Shown: piece by piece, positions 1-9,550 of the stretch
Numbering within the stretch: position 1 is the first letter of the stretch
Layout: every line of letters begins with the position of its first letter
NCBI GenBank assembly: GCA_050246755.1
Contig: JBFWVL010000001.1
Coordinates: forward strand, 1,664,001-1,728,000
Source of the DNA: Bacteriovoracia bacterium
Lineage (GTDB): Bacteria; Bdellovibrionota; UBA1018; CAIPTA01
Length of the DNA stretch: 64,000 nt
Reading direction: 5' to 3'
The notes under the pieces: model-generated
What the model saw: the letters and a program-made list of their open reading frames with translations, nothing else
Database searches by the model: none
Told to the model about the DNA's origin: nothing
Program-made: the position numbers and the translations under genes

Positions 1-192
1 AAAATCTCTTCTTTGTTCCCAGCACATGCTGAGGTGCTTCATATACCATGCGGGGCAGCTAACCGCCAAAAACACCTAAATTTCGCTGGTGAGTATCCAA
101 CTTTTTGTTTTTATTCGGTGCGCGCACGCTCCAATTATTGCGGAACCAAGCTAAATAAATAATGATGTCGTAAATATTTGGAGAAATGTGAA

Positions 193-1839
193 ATGGGCAA
201 TGGGGGGGACCCATCAATCGAAAATTTGCAGCGGAGCCTGGTGCTCAATCGCAAGCTTCTCTCGCTGATTCAGAATCCGGGATCCGAGCGCGACGTGGCC
301 CGGTTCGTGGTGGATATGCTCTTTGAAGAGTTTCCGCAATACCGCGTTTCTTGCACGAATCTTTGCCCCGACAATTCGGTGCACGTTTTTTATAGCCGGC
401 AACCGGAGGGAATGCGTGCCCTCTCCGGGCTATCCGCGCCTTTTCCCGACAGCCCGTTCGTGCGTAATCTCCAGGAGATGCGGATTTCCGTGATCGATGA
501 TATCCGGCTGCATCCCGACACCGAGAGCATCGCCCAGGAAATGCAAGCTATGCTGGGCACCTTGGCGCGACTGGACTTTCCTTTTGAAAAAAAAGAGAAC
601 GGCGAGATCGGGCTCATTACCCTTTCCCATCTCGAGCCGCTGCGCTGGAGTGCACATACCATTCAGCTGATTTCGGAGATCGTGGAGCTTGTTCACCTAA
701 TGTTCCGCGAAGCCCGTACGCGCGAACGCCTAAAGCAAAGCGAAACTCTCTTTCAGCAGTTCACCGAGAATATGCCGTTGGTGTTTTGGGTAGTGGAACC
801 GGTTGAAGGCGTTCAGAACCAGAAAATAGTGTACGTGAGCCCGGCTTACGAGGAAGTATGGGGGCTTTCGGTGGAGAGCCTCATCGCCGACCCCGCGAGC
901 TTTATCCGCGCTATCCATCCGGAAGACCGGGAACGTATCGCCGGGGCGATGGCCCTACCGCGTTCTGGTCCTTATGAGCAAACCTACCGCGTGGTGCATC
1001 CCGACGGCAGCGTGCGCTGGGTGAGAGATCGTGGCAACCCGATTTTCAATGAAACGGGTAAAATGATAAGGAACCTCGGGATCGCGGAAGACATTACCGC
1101 CTTGAAGCTCGCCCAGCAAAAGCTAGAGGCCACTCAGGCGCAAGTAATTTCCAATGCCAAATTCGCCGCGCTCGGAGAGATGGCGGGCGGGATCGCGCAC
1201 GAAATCAATAATCCACTGGCCGTGATTTCCGCGCTAGCGCAACAAATGCGTGAACTGCAGTCGCTGGGGCTTCTCACCTCCAAGGCCATTAGCGAAAGCA
1301 TTGACTCCATCGATAAAATGGCAAATTGCATCGCCGGAATCGTGAAGGGATTAAGAACCTTTTCCCGGCAAACCGATCGTGATCCTCTTCTCTCCGCTGA
1401 TGTGTGCGGGATCTTGCGGGAAACGCTTGCGCTCTGCGAGGCCAAAATCCAGCAGGCGAACGCGGATTTTCAGCTGAAAACCCCGGAATTTTCGGTGCGG
1501 CTCAAATGCCGGGCCTCGGAAATTTCTCAGGTAATCCTCAATCTCATTAATAACGCGCTCGATGCCGTTGCTGACGTGGCTGAAAAATCAATCACCTTAT
1601 ATATTGAGGTTAGCGGCCGCGAAGTGCTGCTCACCGTAGAAGACTCCGGACCGGGCGTTAAGGCCGAGCTGCGCGAAAGCATATTTCAGCCGTTTTTTAC
1701 GACGAAAGCGGTGGGCAAGGGCACGGGGCTCGGGTTGTCTATTTCTAAAGGAATCGTGGAAGCGCACGGCGGAAAGTTGTATTTAGATAGTTCGAGTAAA
1801 AAAACCCGGTTCGTGGTGCGATTACCTTTGGAGGCGTGA
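193..1839 (+). CDS. GAF-PAS sensor histidine kinase (HisKA/HATPase)
   Basis: H-box GIAHEINNPL, N-box NLINNALDA, G-boxes DSGPG and GKGTGLGL; PAS/PAC segment (IHPEDRERI...DGSVRWVRDRG). ATG 193 preferred over TTG 178. Confidence 0.92.
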   Translation: MGNGGDPSIENLQRSLVLNRKLLSLIQNPGSERDVARFVVDMLFEEFPQYRVSCTNLCPDNSVHVFYSRQPEGMRALSGLSAPFPDSPFVRNLQEMRISVIDDIRLHPDTESIAQEMQAMLGTLARLDFPFEKKENGEIGLITLSHLEPLRWSAHTIQLISEIVELVHLMFREARTRERLKQSETLFQQFTENMPLVFWVVEPVEGVQNQKIVYVSPAYEEVWGLSVESLIADPASFIRAIHPEDRERIAGAMALPRSGPYEQTYRVVHPDGSVRWVRDRGNPIFNETGKMIRNLGIAEDITALKLAQQKLEATQAQVISNAKFAALGEMAGGIAHEINNPLAVISALAQQMRELQSLGLLTSKAISESIDSIDKMANCIAGIVKGLRTFSRQTDRDPLLSADVCGILRETLALCEAKIQQANADFQLKTPEFSVRLKCRASEISQVILNLINNALDAVADVAEKSITLYIEVSGREVLLTVEDSGPGVKAELRESIFQPFFTTKAVGKGTGLGLSISKGIVEAHGGKLYLDSSSKKTRFVVRLPLEA

Positions 1840-2120
1840 TGAGAACATTAAAGCGATTTTTATGGAGTATCGTGGCCGGCACCCTGGTGGGAGCGGTACT
1901 CTTCGCTTGGTTTTCGCCGCACATCATCGTTTGGTATTTCTCTCCTCCCGCCGATTTGGCTATTTCCTGCAAGCCTGCCGTAGAGTGGGCCATCGTGACT
2001 TACCGTAAAGTGATTTTTACCGGGGTTCTACTCGGAGCGATTATCTCCGCCATCCTATTTTTCGCCATTAACCCGCGGCGCAAGCCGCCCGTCCAGCTGC
2101 CCGGTCAGCCAATTCAGTAA
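1836..2120 (+). CDS. small membrane protein with two TM helices
   Basis: two hydrophobic segments; start overlaps the kinase stop. Confidence 0.7.
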   Translation: MMRTLKRFLWSIVAGTLVGAVLFAWFSPHIIVWYFSPPADLAISCKPAVEWAIVTYRKVIFTGVLLGAIISAILFFAINPRRKPPVQLPGQPIQ

Positions 2121-2207
2121 AAGGGCGCGGAACTTTAGCGCAAGCAAGGGCATCCGAAAGGAAGTGTGGTATTTTTTTCGAATGAGTATTTTCGGAGGAA
2201 GATTTCG

Positions 2208-2981
2208 ATGAAGTTATTTCTGGGTTTGCTGATTCTAACTTCTGTTACCGCGCACGCTAAAATCATCGCCAATAATGTGGAGTATAAAGACAAGGCCGGC
2301 AACGCATTCGTGGGCTACCTTGCCTTCGACGACAGCGTGAAGGGTATCCGTCCCGGCGTGGTAGTGGTGCACGAATGGAAAGGCCTCGACGGCTACACGA
2401 AAATGCGCACGGAACAACTGGCGAAGCTCGGCTACGTGGCTTTCGCCGCTGACATTTATGGAAAGGGCATTCGCCCGGATGCTTCGGAGGCCGGTAAGGT
2501 TTCCGGCTCTTACAAGAACAACCGTCCCCTTTATCGGGAACGCCTTCTCCTGGCGCTTGAAAAATTTAAGCAGGAATCCCTCATCGATAAGAAGCGCATT
2601 GCGGTTATCGGCTATTGCTTCGGGGGCACCGGCGCTTTAGAGCTCGCCCGTGCGGGAGCCGACATTAAGGGAGCGGTAAGCTTTCACGGCAGCCCCGATA
2701 GCCCCACTCCCGAGGACGCAAGGAATATCAAGGGTAAGATTCTCGTGCTCCACGGAGCCGAGGATCCGAACGTGCCGGAGGCGCAGCTCACGAGCTTCGA
2801 AAACGAGATGCGCGCCGCAAAAGTGGACTGGCAGCTCGTGAAATATTCCGGTGCCGTGCACGGATTCACGAACTCGCAAAACGGCAGCGATCCCGCCAAG
2901 GGAGTGGCTTACAACGCGGAAGCCGATAAGCGCTCCTGGATCGCAATGCGCGACTTTTTTCAGGAGATTTTCGCGCGTTAA
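2208..2981 (+). CDS. dienelactone hydrolase family protein (secreted)
   Basis: VVHEWKG, nucleophile GYCFGG, LHGAEDP, HGFTN; signal peptide from ATG 2208 with GGAGG RBS. Confidence 0.92.
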   Translation: MKLFLGLLILTSVTAHAKIIANNVEYKDKAGNAFVGYLAFDDSVKGIRPGVVVVHEWKGLDGYTKMRTEQLAKLGYVAFAADIYGKGIRPDASEAGKVSGSYKNNRPLYRERLLLALEKFKQESLIDKKRIAVIGYCFGGTGALELARAGADIKGAVSFHGSPDSPTPEDARNIKGKILVLHGAEDPNVPEAQLTSFENEMRAAKVDWQLVKYSGAVHGFTNSQNGSDPAKGVAYNAEADKRSWIAMRDFFQEIFAR

Positions 2982-2997
2982 CGATATCCTTTACCGA

Positions 2998-3597
2998 ATG
3001 GCCAGAAAAAAAATCCGACTTCACTTCGAGAGCGCTCGCTTTGAGCTGCGCCTGTACCGTGCTTCCGACTATCGCTCCTGGAAAAATGCCTACGAGGCCA
3101 TGGAATCCAAACGTAGCGAGTTCGATCTGGAAAAAAAGACCGCGAAGGAACTCCGGAAAACGGAATTTCTGCGGTTCGTGAAAAAGAACGTGGGCTTCGC
3201 CAAGACCGGAGAAATTTATCACTTCGGGGTTTTCGAGAAGAAGACCGGTAGGCTGATGGGGTTCGTACTTTTAGCATTAGTGCTTCGCTTCAATGTGCAA
3301 ACCGCCCGTATTTCCTACACCATTTTTAATAATTATTGGAAACACGGCTACGGGCGCGAGGCTGCCGACGCCGCCATTCGGTTTGCCTTCCAGAAGTTAA
3401 AGTTGCATCGCCTTGAGGCGGAAATTCTGCCGAATAATCGCAGTTCCCTGGCGCTTGCGAAGCGGCTTGGCTTTTCTTACGAGGGCCTGCGACGGGGAGC
3501 GGTATACATGAAGGGAAAGTGGCACGATCACCTGGTATACAGCCTGTTGGCCGAAGACCGTGGCGTGCGCAATACCAAACCATCGGTGTTCAGCTGA
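2998..3597 (+). CDS. RimJ/RimL-family GNAT N-acetyltransferase
   Basis: YWKHGYGREA, LKLHRLEAEILPNNRSSLALAKRLGFSYEG, GKWHDH; start set at MARKK. Confidence 0.9.
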   Translation: MARKKIRLHFESARFELRLYRASDYRSWKNAYEAMESKRSEFDLEKKTAKELRKTEFLRFVKKNVGFAKTGEIYHFGVFEKKTGRLMGFVLLALVLRFNVQTARISYTIFNNYWKHGYGREAADAAIRFAFQKLKLHRLEAEILPNNRSSLALAKRLGFSYEGLRRGAVYMKGKWHDHLVYSLLAEDRGVRNTKPSVFS

Positions 3598-4939
3598 TAT
3601 AGACCGTTTTCACGTTCACGAATTCACGAATCCCGAACCCCGAAAGCTCACGGCCGTAGCCAGATTCCTTGGTGCCGCCAAAGGGGAGACGCGCATCCGA
3701 CTTTACCAGCGCATTCACAAAGCAGGACCCGGCTTCGAGCTCCTCGCGTGCCAGGCGATCGCCTCTGGTGCGGTCTTCAGTGAATACGGCGGCGCCCAGG
3801 CCGAAGTTAGTGCGGTTCGCGAGAGCAATCGCTTCTTTTTCCCCCTCCGCCTCGATGATCGCCGCCACCGGGCCAAACGTTTCCTCTTCGAAGATCGTCA
3901 TGCCGGGCTTCACCGCGCTGATGGCGGTAACGGGATAGAAAGCGCCCGCGCCGCCAGGAATTTTTCCGCCGCACAGTAGCTTTCCTCCGGCGGCCAGGGT
4001 TTTCTCCACTTGCTGGTGGAGCTGATCTCTCAGGTCTGCCCGGGCTAATGGGGCGGTGGGGGCAGCTTCGAGAAATTTTATGAAATGAGCCTCGAACTCC
4101 GCCCTTACTTTTTTCTCCACGATGAAGCGCTTCGCTGAAATGCAGCTCTGGCCCATATTGATCAAGCGCGAGTTCGCGCAAATTTTTGCGGCCTCGGCAA
4201 TATTCGCATCGGCGAGCACCACGTAGGCGTCTGAGCCGCCGAGCTCCAATACGCATTTCTTAAGCGCCTTTCCCGCCGCCTCGGCAACGGCCCGGCCCGC
4301 TTCGGTGGAGCCCGTGAAGCTAATGGCGGATATTTCGCTTTTTCCAATTAGGGGCAAGGCTTCTTTTCCGCGCAGCAATACAGATTGAAATAGATCTTTT
4401 CTTCCCGCGGCTTCCTGGACGAGTTTTTCCAGCGCGAGGCTGCAGCCAGTAACGCTGGATGCATGCTTCAAGATCACGGTATTGCCGGCCAGGAGGGCGG
4501 GCACCGCGCAGCGCACGGCCTGCCAGAAGGGAAAATTCCAGGGCATGATCGCGAGCACCGTACCGATGGGCTCGAAAGCGACGTAGGATTTCTGCGCGTC
4601 GGTGGCTATCGGTATCGGCCGCAAAAATTTGGGTCCGTTTTCGGCATAGTAGTCGGCGGCGGCGGCGCACTTTTCTACCTCGGATTTTCCCTCTTCCGTG
4701 CGTTTTCCCATTTCTTCTTGCATCAACACTGCGAGTTGATCTTGATCGCGGCGCAGGAGCTGCGCAAGTTTCGTGAGCAATTCCCGCCGTTTCTCGATCG
4801 GAACGCGTCTCCAATCCTGAAAGCCGTTTGCGGCGGCCTGCACGATTCGTGCAATTTCTTGGGGGGTATGAATAGGGTATTCCCGCAGAATTTTTCCGGT
4901 GGCGGGATCAATGGTGGTGATGAGATTGGATTCGGACAT
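3590..4939 (-). CDS. NAD(P)-dependent succinate-semialdehyde/aldehyde dehydrogenase
   Basis: [32 protein letters not shown] (catalytic Cys), [19 protein letters not shown]. Confidence 0.93.
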   Translation of the reverse strand: MSESNLITTIDPATGKILREYPIHTPQEIARIVQAAANGFQDWRRVPIEKRRELLTKLAQLLRRDQDQLAVLMQEEMGKRTEEGKSEVEKCAAAADYYAENGPKFLRPIPIATDAQKSYVAFEPIGTVLAIMPWNFPFWQAVRCAVPALLAGNTVILKHASSVTGCSLALEKLVQEAAGRKDLFQSVLLRGKEALPLIGKSEISAISFTGSTEAGRAVAEAAGKALKKCVLELGGSDAYVVLADANIAEAAKICANSRLINMGQSCISAKRFIVEKKVRAEFEAHFIKFLEAAPTAPLARADLRDQLHQQVEKTLAAGGKLLCGGKIPGGAGAFYPVTAISAVKPGMTIFEEETFGPVAAIIEAEGEKEAIALANRTNFGLGAAVFTEDRTRGDRLAREELEAGSCFVNALVKSDARLPFGGTKESGYGRELSGFGIREFVNVKTVYIS

Positions 4940-4984
4940 GTATCGCACTTTACATTAGCGAGCGGCTCTCATATAGGAATTTGC

Positions 4985-5671
4985 ATGAGTGCCGAGCGAG
5001 TGAAAATCGAGCCCGAATGGAAAGCCGCGCTAGGCGATGAATTTTCCAAGCCTTATATGAAGGAGCTGCGGGAGTTCTTGCGGCAAGAAGCCGCGAAGAA
5101 GAAGGTAATTTTTCCTCCTGGCCCCGAGATTTTCAATGCCTTCAACCTCACTCCGCTCAGCCGGGTGAAGGCCGTGATCCTAGGGCAGGATCCCTACCAT
5201 GGGCCGGGGCAAGCGCATGGCCTCTGCTTTTCGGTGAAAAAGGGAGTTCCGCCCCCGCCCTCTCTAAAAAATATTTTTAAGGAAATGGCCGAAGATGTAA
5301 AAATCCCCGTGCCCAAAACCGGGGATCTCACCCCGTGGGCTGAGCAGGGAGTGCTTCTGCTCAATACCGTGCTCACCGTGGAAAAAGGCAGGGCCGCTTC
5401 ACACCGGGATCGCGGCTGGGAACAGTTTACGGATCAAGTGATTCGGATTCTTAGTGCGCGAGAAAAGCCCATTGTTTTTTTGCTATGGGGAAGCTTTGCG
5501 CATAAAAAGGCCGAAATGATCCAGTCGCCCCCCCACAAAATTCTGAAGGCCCCTCATCCGTCGCCGTTGTCGGCGTATACCGGATTCTTCGGCAGCCGAC
5601 CATTTTCCAAGACGAATAAAATTTTAAAGGATCTCGGCGAACGCGAGATCGACTGGCGCCTGGAGGCCTGA
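4985..5671 (+). CDS. ung: uracil-DNA glycosylase (family 1)
   Basis: [37 protein letters not shown]; true start MSAERVK (the upstream ORF extension is an antisense shadow of the ALDH gene). Confidence 0.97.
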   Translation: MSAERVKIEPEWKAALGDEFSKPYMKELREFLRQEAAKKKVIFPPGPEIFNAFNLTPLSRVKAVILGQDPYHGPGQAHGLCFSVKKGVPPPPSLKNIFKEMAEDVKIPVPKTGDLTPWAEQGVLLLNTVLTVEKGRAASHRDRGWEQFTDQVIRILSAREKPIVFLLWGSFAHKKAEMIQSPPHKILKAPHPSPLSAYTGFFGSRPFSKTNKILKDLGEREIDWRLEA

Positions 5672-6339
5672 TGCATTCTTCCGGCGATGAGGAACAAGAG
5701 GAACTTGAGACCCGAATTGAGGACTCCAAAGCCCGCGTGCGTGCGCAGCTGGGGCTCGAAGTTCCCGTGGAACCTTTTGCCAATTCGGTTCGGGTATTAG
5801 TGCTACAGCATCCGCAGGAGCCTGATAAGGAGCTAGGTACGGCTTCGCTGCTGGTGCGTGCGCTCGGAAAGGCCGAATTGCGGGTGGGGCTTTCGTGGAA
5901 ATCCCTCAAGCACTTGGTGGGATCGGAAGTGGTGCCGGGTACTTGGGCGGTGCTCTACCTCGGCCCTAAGGGTAAAGAGTATTCGCAGCCGGTAAATTTT
6001 GTGAATAATAAGGGGGAGCCGGTGGCCGTCACGGCGAATATTCAGGGCCTGGTGGTGCTGGATGGAACCTGGAGCCAAGCCAAGGCGCTGTGGTGGAGAA
6101 ATTCTTGGCTCACGAAGCTGAAACGGGTGGTACTAAAGCCAGCCGGCCCCTCCCTTTACGGAAGGCTCCGCAAAGAACCGCGTGCGGAGGCGCTGTCCAC
6201 CATCGAATCCACGGCCCTCGCGCTTTCCAAGATCGATCCGAAAGGTGCGGAGTTGCAGCGCCATCTCGAGGGGGCTTTTGCGAGGATGCTCGAGGAATTC
6301 AAGGCGCGTAAGCGCGCTAGTCCAGCGGCAAAGCCTTAA
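5671..6339 (+). CDS. DTW-domain tRNA-uridine aminocarboxypropyltransferase (TapT/YfiP-like)
   Basis: LQHPQE, LDGTWSQAK, LRKEP...LSTIES; coupled to ung via TGATG. Confidence 0.85.
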   Translation: MHSSGDEEQEELETRIEDSKARVRAQLGLEVPVEPFANSVRVLVLQHPQEPDKELGTASLLVRALGKAELRVGLSWKSLKHLVGSEVVPGTWAVLYLGPKGKEYSQPVNFVNNKGEPVAVTANIQGLVVLDGTWSQAKALWWRNSWLTKLKRVVLKPAGPSLYGRLRKEPRAEALSTIESTALALSKIDPKGAELQRHLEGAFARMLEEFKARKRASPAAKP

Positions 6340-7273
6340 AGGCCTCAGTAGCTTCCAGTAGTTTCGCCTGAATTCCGGGCTCCCAAGCGGAATGACCCGC
6401 GTCGGGCACGATATGAAGCTGCGCTTCCGGCCAGGCGGTTTTTAAGTCCCAAGCGTTTTTAACCGGGCAAATCACGTCGTAGCGGCCGTGCACGATCACG
6501 CCAGGAATCTGGCGAAGCTTCTCTGCATTCTCCAGCAGGTAATTGTCGGTTTCAAAGAATGCTTTGTTCACGAAATAGTGATTTTCGATGCGCGCAAATT
6601 CCAGAGCATGCTTATCGTCGTCGAAAACCTTGGTTTCCCTATCGTCCACCAGCAAGTGCGCGGTTCCGCCTTCCCACTTGGCCCAAGCGCGCGCGGCATT
6701 CAGCTTCTCGGCTTCGTCGCTGCCAGTGAGGCGTCGATGGTAGGCCTGCACCAGGTTTTCTCTTTCCTCGGGCGGGATAGCGCCAAGGTAGGTTTCCCAA
6801 AGATCGGGAAAGATTTTCGATGCGCCGTCTTGGTAAAACCAGTCGATCTCTTCTTTGCGGCAGAGGAAAATTCCGCGAAGGATGAGCCCGCGCACGCGCG
6901 AAGGATGTTTGGTGGCGTAGGCGAGGGCGAGGGTGGAGCCCCAGCTGCCCCCGAAGACGATCCAGTTCCGTAGCCCGATATGTTTGCGGATTAATTCGAT
7001 ATCGTGCACCAAATCCCAGGTGGAATTCTCTTCGAGCTCGGCGGTGGGGGTGCTTTTTCCGCAGCCGCGCTGATCAAAGAGAATAATCCGGTAATAACTG
7101 GGGTCGAAAAATTGCCGGTGTTTGGGGCTGGTTCCGGCTCCCGGGCCGCCATGCAGGAAGATCACGGGCTGTCCATCGGGGTTTCCGCTCTGTTCCACAT
7201 AGAGGTCATGGAGCGGCGAGGCCTTAAGGGTTTCGGTTTTGAAGGGTTCGATCGCGGGAAAAAGCTCTGGCAT
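6317..7273 (-). CDS. pip: proline iminopeptidase
   Basis: LHGGPGAG, FDQRGCGKS, FGGSWGSTL, GRYDVICP, AGHSAWE; start ATG 7273 (MPELFP). Confidence 0.95.
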   Translation of the reverse strand: MPELFPAIEPFKTETLKASPLHDLYVEQSGNPDGQPVIFLHGGPGAGTSPKHRQFFDPSYYRIILFDQRGCGKSTPTAELEENSTWDLVHDIELIRKHIGLRNWIVFGGSWGSTLALAYATKHPSRVRGLILRGIFLCRKEEIDWFYQDGASKIFPDLWETYLGAIPPEERENLVQAYHRRLTGSDEAEKLNAARAWAKWEGGTAHLLVDDRETKVFDDDKHALEFARIENHYFVNKAFFETDNYLLENAEKLRQIPGVIVHGRYDVICPVKNAWDLKTAWPEAQLHIVPDAGHSAWEPGIQAKLLEATEAFKALPLD

Positions 7274-7280
7274 GGGATCT

Positions 7281-7309
7281 AAGGTAGCGGGATTCGCGGC
7301 GGATGACAA
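7281..7309 (-). promoter_or_regulatory. sigma70-type promoter, leaderless pip transcript
   Basis: TTGTCA-17-TACCTT-7nt-ATG on the minus strand. Confidence 0.55.
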
Positions 7310-7552
7310 AATTTTCAGGGGGTACGCGCCTCCAATAAATTCTATTTATCGCTATGCTTTCTGGCGCCGATTCTTAGGCATTCTTTCACTATGCAGGAGG
7401 CCTGCGGCCGAATTTTTTTCCGGATCTACTGCGCCAACCCTGTAATTTTTATAGAAACATCTGTTCGGTGCTCCGGGAAATTGGTCCGTAAGCCACTAAT
7501 AATACTAATGATTTTATCTAACGAAGAAATCGATTTTTTTAGCGGTTTATTT

Positions 7553-7582
7553 TTGACTTAGCGAGTCAACCTAAACTATAAC
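7553..7582 (+). promoter_or_regulatory. sigma70-type promoter with palindromic operator upstream of the CPAF-like gene
   Basis: TTGACT-18-TATAAC; the -35 is the left arm of TTGACT-tagcg-AGTCAA. Confidence 0.5.
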
Positions 7583-7637
7583 GCCTGCAGAGATGTTTCT
7601 CTGAGGGAGCATCCAAAAAGGGGAAAGGACCCAACCA

Positions 7638-9365
7638 ATGAAGATGAGAAGCGTATTGGCAGGATTAGCAGTTGGAACGCTGCTGTTTTTGGGAGCTGCG
7701 CAAAATGGCGTGGCCGGAATGTCGTCGGAGCAACGCCTCAACGATTATAGTCAGCTCGTAAATATCATCGAGCGCCATTACGGTCCTATGCGCTGGAAGC
7801 AAACCACGATTAACCTCGATTGGAAGCGCCTCGTTGAGGAATTCCGCGGCAAGGTGCTCAATGTGCGCTCCGACGCCGAATTCTACCGCGTTTTGGCCCA
7901 GTTCATTGCGAACCTCCAGGATGCTCACGTGAGCCCAATGATTCCTTCCAACTACAAAGCCAGCCTCGGTTTTGGCATCGATCTCGTTGAGGGCAAGGCC
8001 CTGATCGAAACCATCGATCGGCTCCGCCTGCCGGAAGTATTATTCCCCTTCAAAAAAGGCGATCAAGTTCTCGCCATCGGCGGGGTGCCGGTGGAAACGA
8101 TCGCGGAAGAAATGAGCCTCGTGAGCAAGACCGGCTCCGATGCGAGCACCAAGCGTATTGCCTACGCTCGTATCACCACTCGCAAGGAGGCTTCGGGTGT
8201 GGCGGTTCCTAAGGGCATCACCACTATCACCGTATTGCCCAAGGGCGCGGGCACTCCTGTTACGGTTACCGCCACCTGGATACTCACGGGAACTCCGCTC
8301 GTGGAGCTCGATGACCTCGCCGGCCAGCTAAGCTCCAGCAATGTCAGCACCGTGGCCACCGCCAGCGATGGCGAGAGCCTCACGCAAGAGCTGAAGAAGC
8401 TTTCGATCTTCAACCTCTCGCTTCCTCAGTCGTTCCTGAACGATCTCCAGCGTACCGGTATCAGCGATATGGGCGCCGCGAAATCGATGTTTACTCTGCC
8501 GGCAGGCGCTAAGGTTTACGACGATATTTCGGTTACGGCCGCGGTCTACGAAGTGGCTGGCAAGAAAATCGGCATTCTCCGCATTCCTTCCTATACGGAA
8601 GAGGGGCTCACCGAAGTTCTCGCCCGCGCGCTCGTGCGCATGGAAAAGGAAACCGACGTGCTCGTGCTCGACCAGACGAATAACCCGGGCGGATCCGTTT
8701 CTCAGGTTTCCGACATCGTGGGCCTCTTCGCTGATAAGAGCTATAAGGACATGGACTTCGAAATCCGCCCGAGTCTCGCTTGGTTGCAGACTTTCCAGGA
8801 CATCAATCAGCAGATCGACACAATGCTGAAGAACGATGCGAACGACATGGCGGCTAATGCCCTGAAGGCTCGCTTCGATTACCTGGAATCAGAAGTGCGT
8901 GAATCGCTCGTGCAAAAGCGTTTCCTCACGAACCCGGTTTCCCTCAACCTCGTGGGAACTTTCGGGATGATTCAGCCCGCCGCTTCGGTTCATTACACCA
9001 AGCCTGTTCTGCTCTTGATCAACGAGCTGGATTTCTCTGGTGGTGATGCATTCCCCGCCCTCATGAAAGATAACGGACGCGTTACGATCTTCGGCACCGC
9101 CACTACTGGTGCCGGCGGAAACGTGCGCGAGTACGGCCCCCTGGCCAATTCCTTCTTCAAGCTTCACCTCACGGAGAGCTTGATGGTTCGCCCCAACGGC
9201 GAATACATGGAAAACCGCGGCGTGAAGCCCGATGTGGAATACGCCTTCACCGAAGACGATTTCATGAACGGCTACCGCAACTACGTACAGCGTTTCACGG
9301 TAGAAGCTTTGAAGCTCACGGGAATGACCCAAGAGCAAATTGACGCCGCTGCCGTAGCTAAATAG
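7638..9365 (+). CDS. secreted S41-family protease, CPAF (chlamydial protease-like activity factor)-like
   Basis: signal peptide; LQDAHV, DQTNNPGGS, DFSGGDAFP, TTGAGG, YMENRGVKPD match the CPAF His/Ser/Glu motifs. Confidence 0.88.
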   Translation: MKMRSVLAGLAVGTLLFLGAAQNGVAGMSSEQRLNDYSQLVNIIERHYGPMRWKQTTINLDWKRLVEEFRGKVLNVRSDAEFYRVLAQFIANLQDAHVSPMIPSNYKASLGFGIDLVEGKALIETIDRLRLPEVLFPFKKGDQVLAIGGVPVETIAEEMSLVSKTGSDASTKRIAYARITTRKEASGVAVPKGITTITVLPKGAGTPVTVTATWILTGTPLVELDDLAGQLSSSNVSTVATASDGESLTQELKKLSIFNLSLPQSFLNDLQRTGISDMGAAKSMFTLPAGAKVYDDISVTAAVYEVAGKKIGILRIPSYTEEGLTEVLARALVRMEKETDVLVLDQTNNPGGSVSQVSDIVGLFADKSYKDMDFEIRPSLAWLQTFQDINQQIDTMLKNDANDMAANALKARFDYLESEVRESLVQKRFLTNPVSLNLVGTFGMIQPAASVHYTKPVLLLINELDFSGGDAFPALMKDNGRVTIFGTATTGAGGNVREYGPLANSFFKLHLTESLMVRPNGEYMENRGVKPDVEYAFTEDDFMNGYRNYVQRFTVEALKLTGMTQEQIDAAAVAK

Positions 9366-9410
9366 GCGACGAAAAATCCTGATACCGGCTGCTTCACTGC
9401 AGCAGGAAAT

Positions 9411-9440
9411 AGAAGGGCCCTTTGGGGCCCTTTCTTTTTT
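9411..9440 (+). terminator. intrinsic terminator
   Basis: AAGGGCCC-tttg-GGGCCCTT followed by T-run. Confidence 0.8.
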
Positions 9441-9550
9441 GCTCCGTTCCAAAAGGCCGGCATTTCCCCCCGGGCCCTACCTGTGCCGAAATTGGCAAAC
9501 CATGCTACGCTGAAAGCGCACATACTCTCAATTGAGCCCAAGGAGCCGGG

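Noticed and set aside
1-42. Possible start of a minus-strand gene (MKHLSMCWEQRRDF)
   Set aside because: Truncated by the window edge; cannot be supported
4463-4984. 174-aa N-terminal extension on ung (apparent fusion)
   Set aside because: Antisense shadow of the ALDH gene; Ung homology starts at ATG 4985
9493-9506. TGGCAAACCATGCT as a sigma54 promoter for aconitase
   Set aside because: GG-to-GC spacing is 2 bp too short
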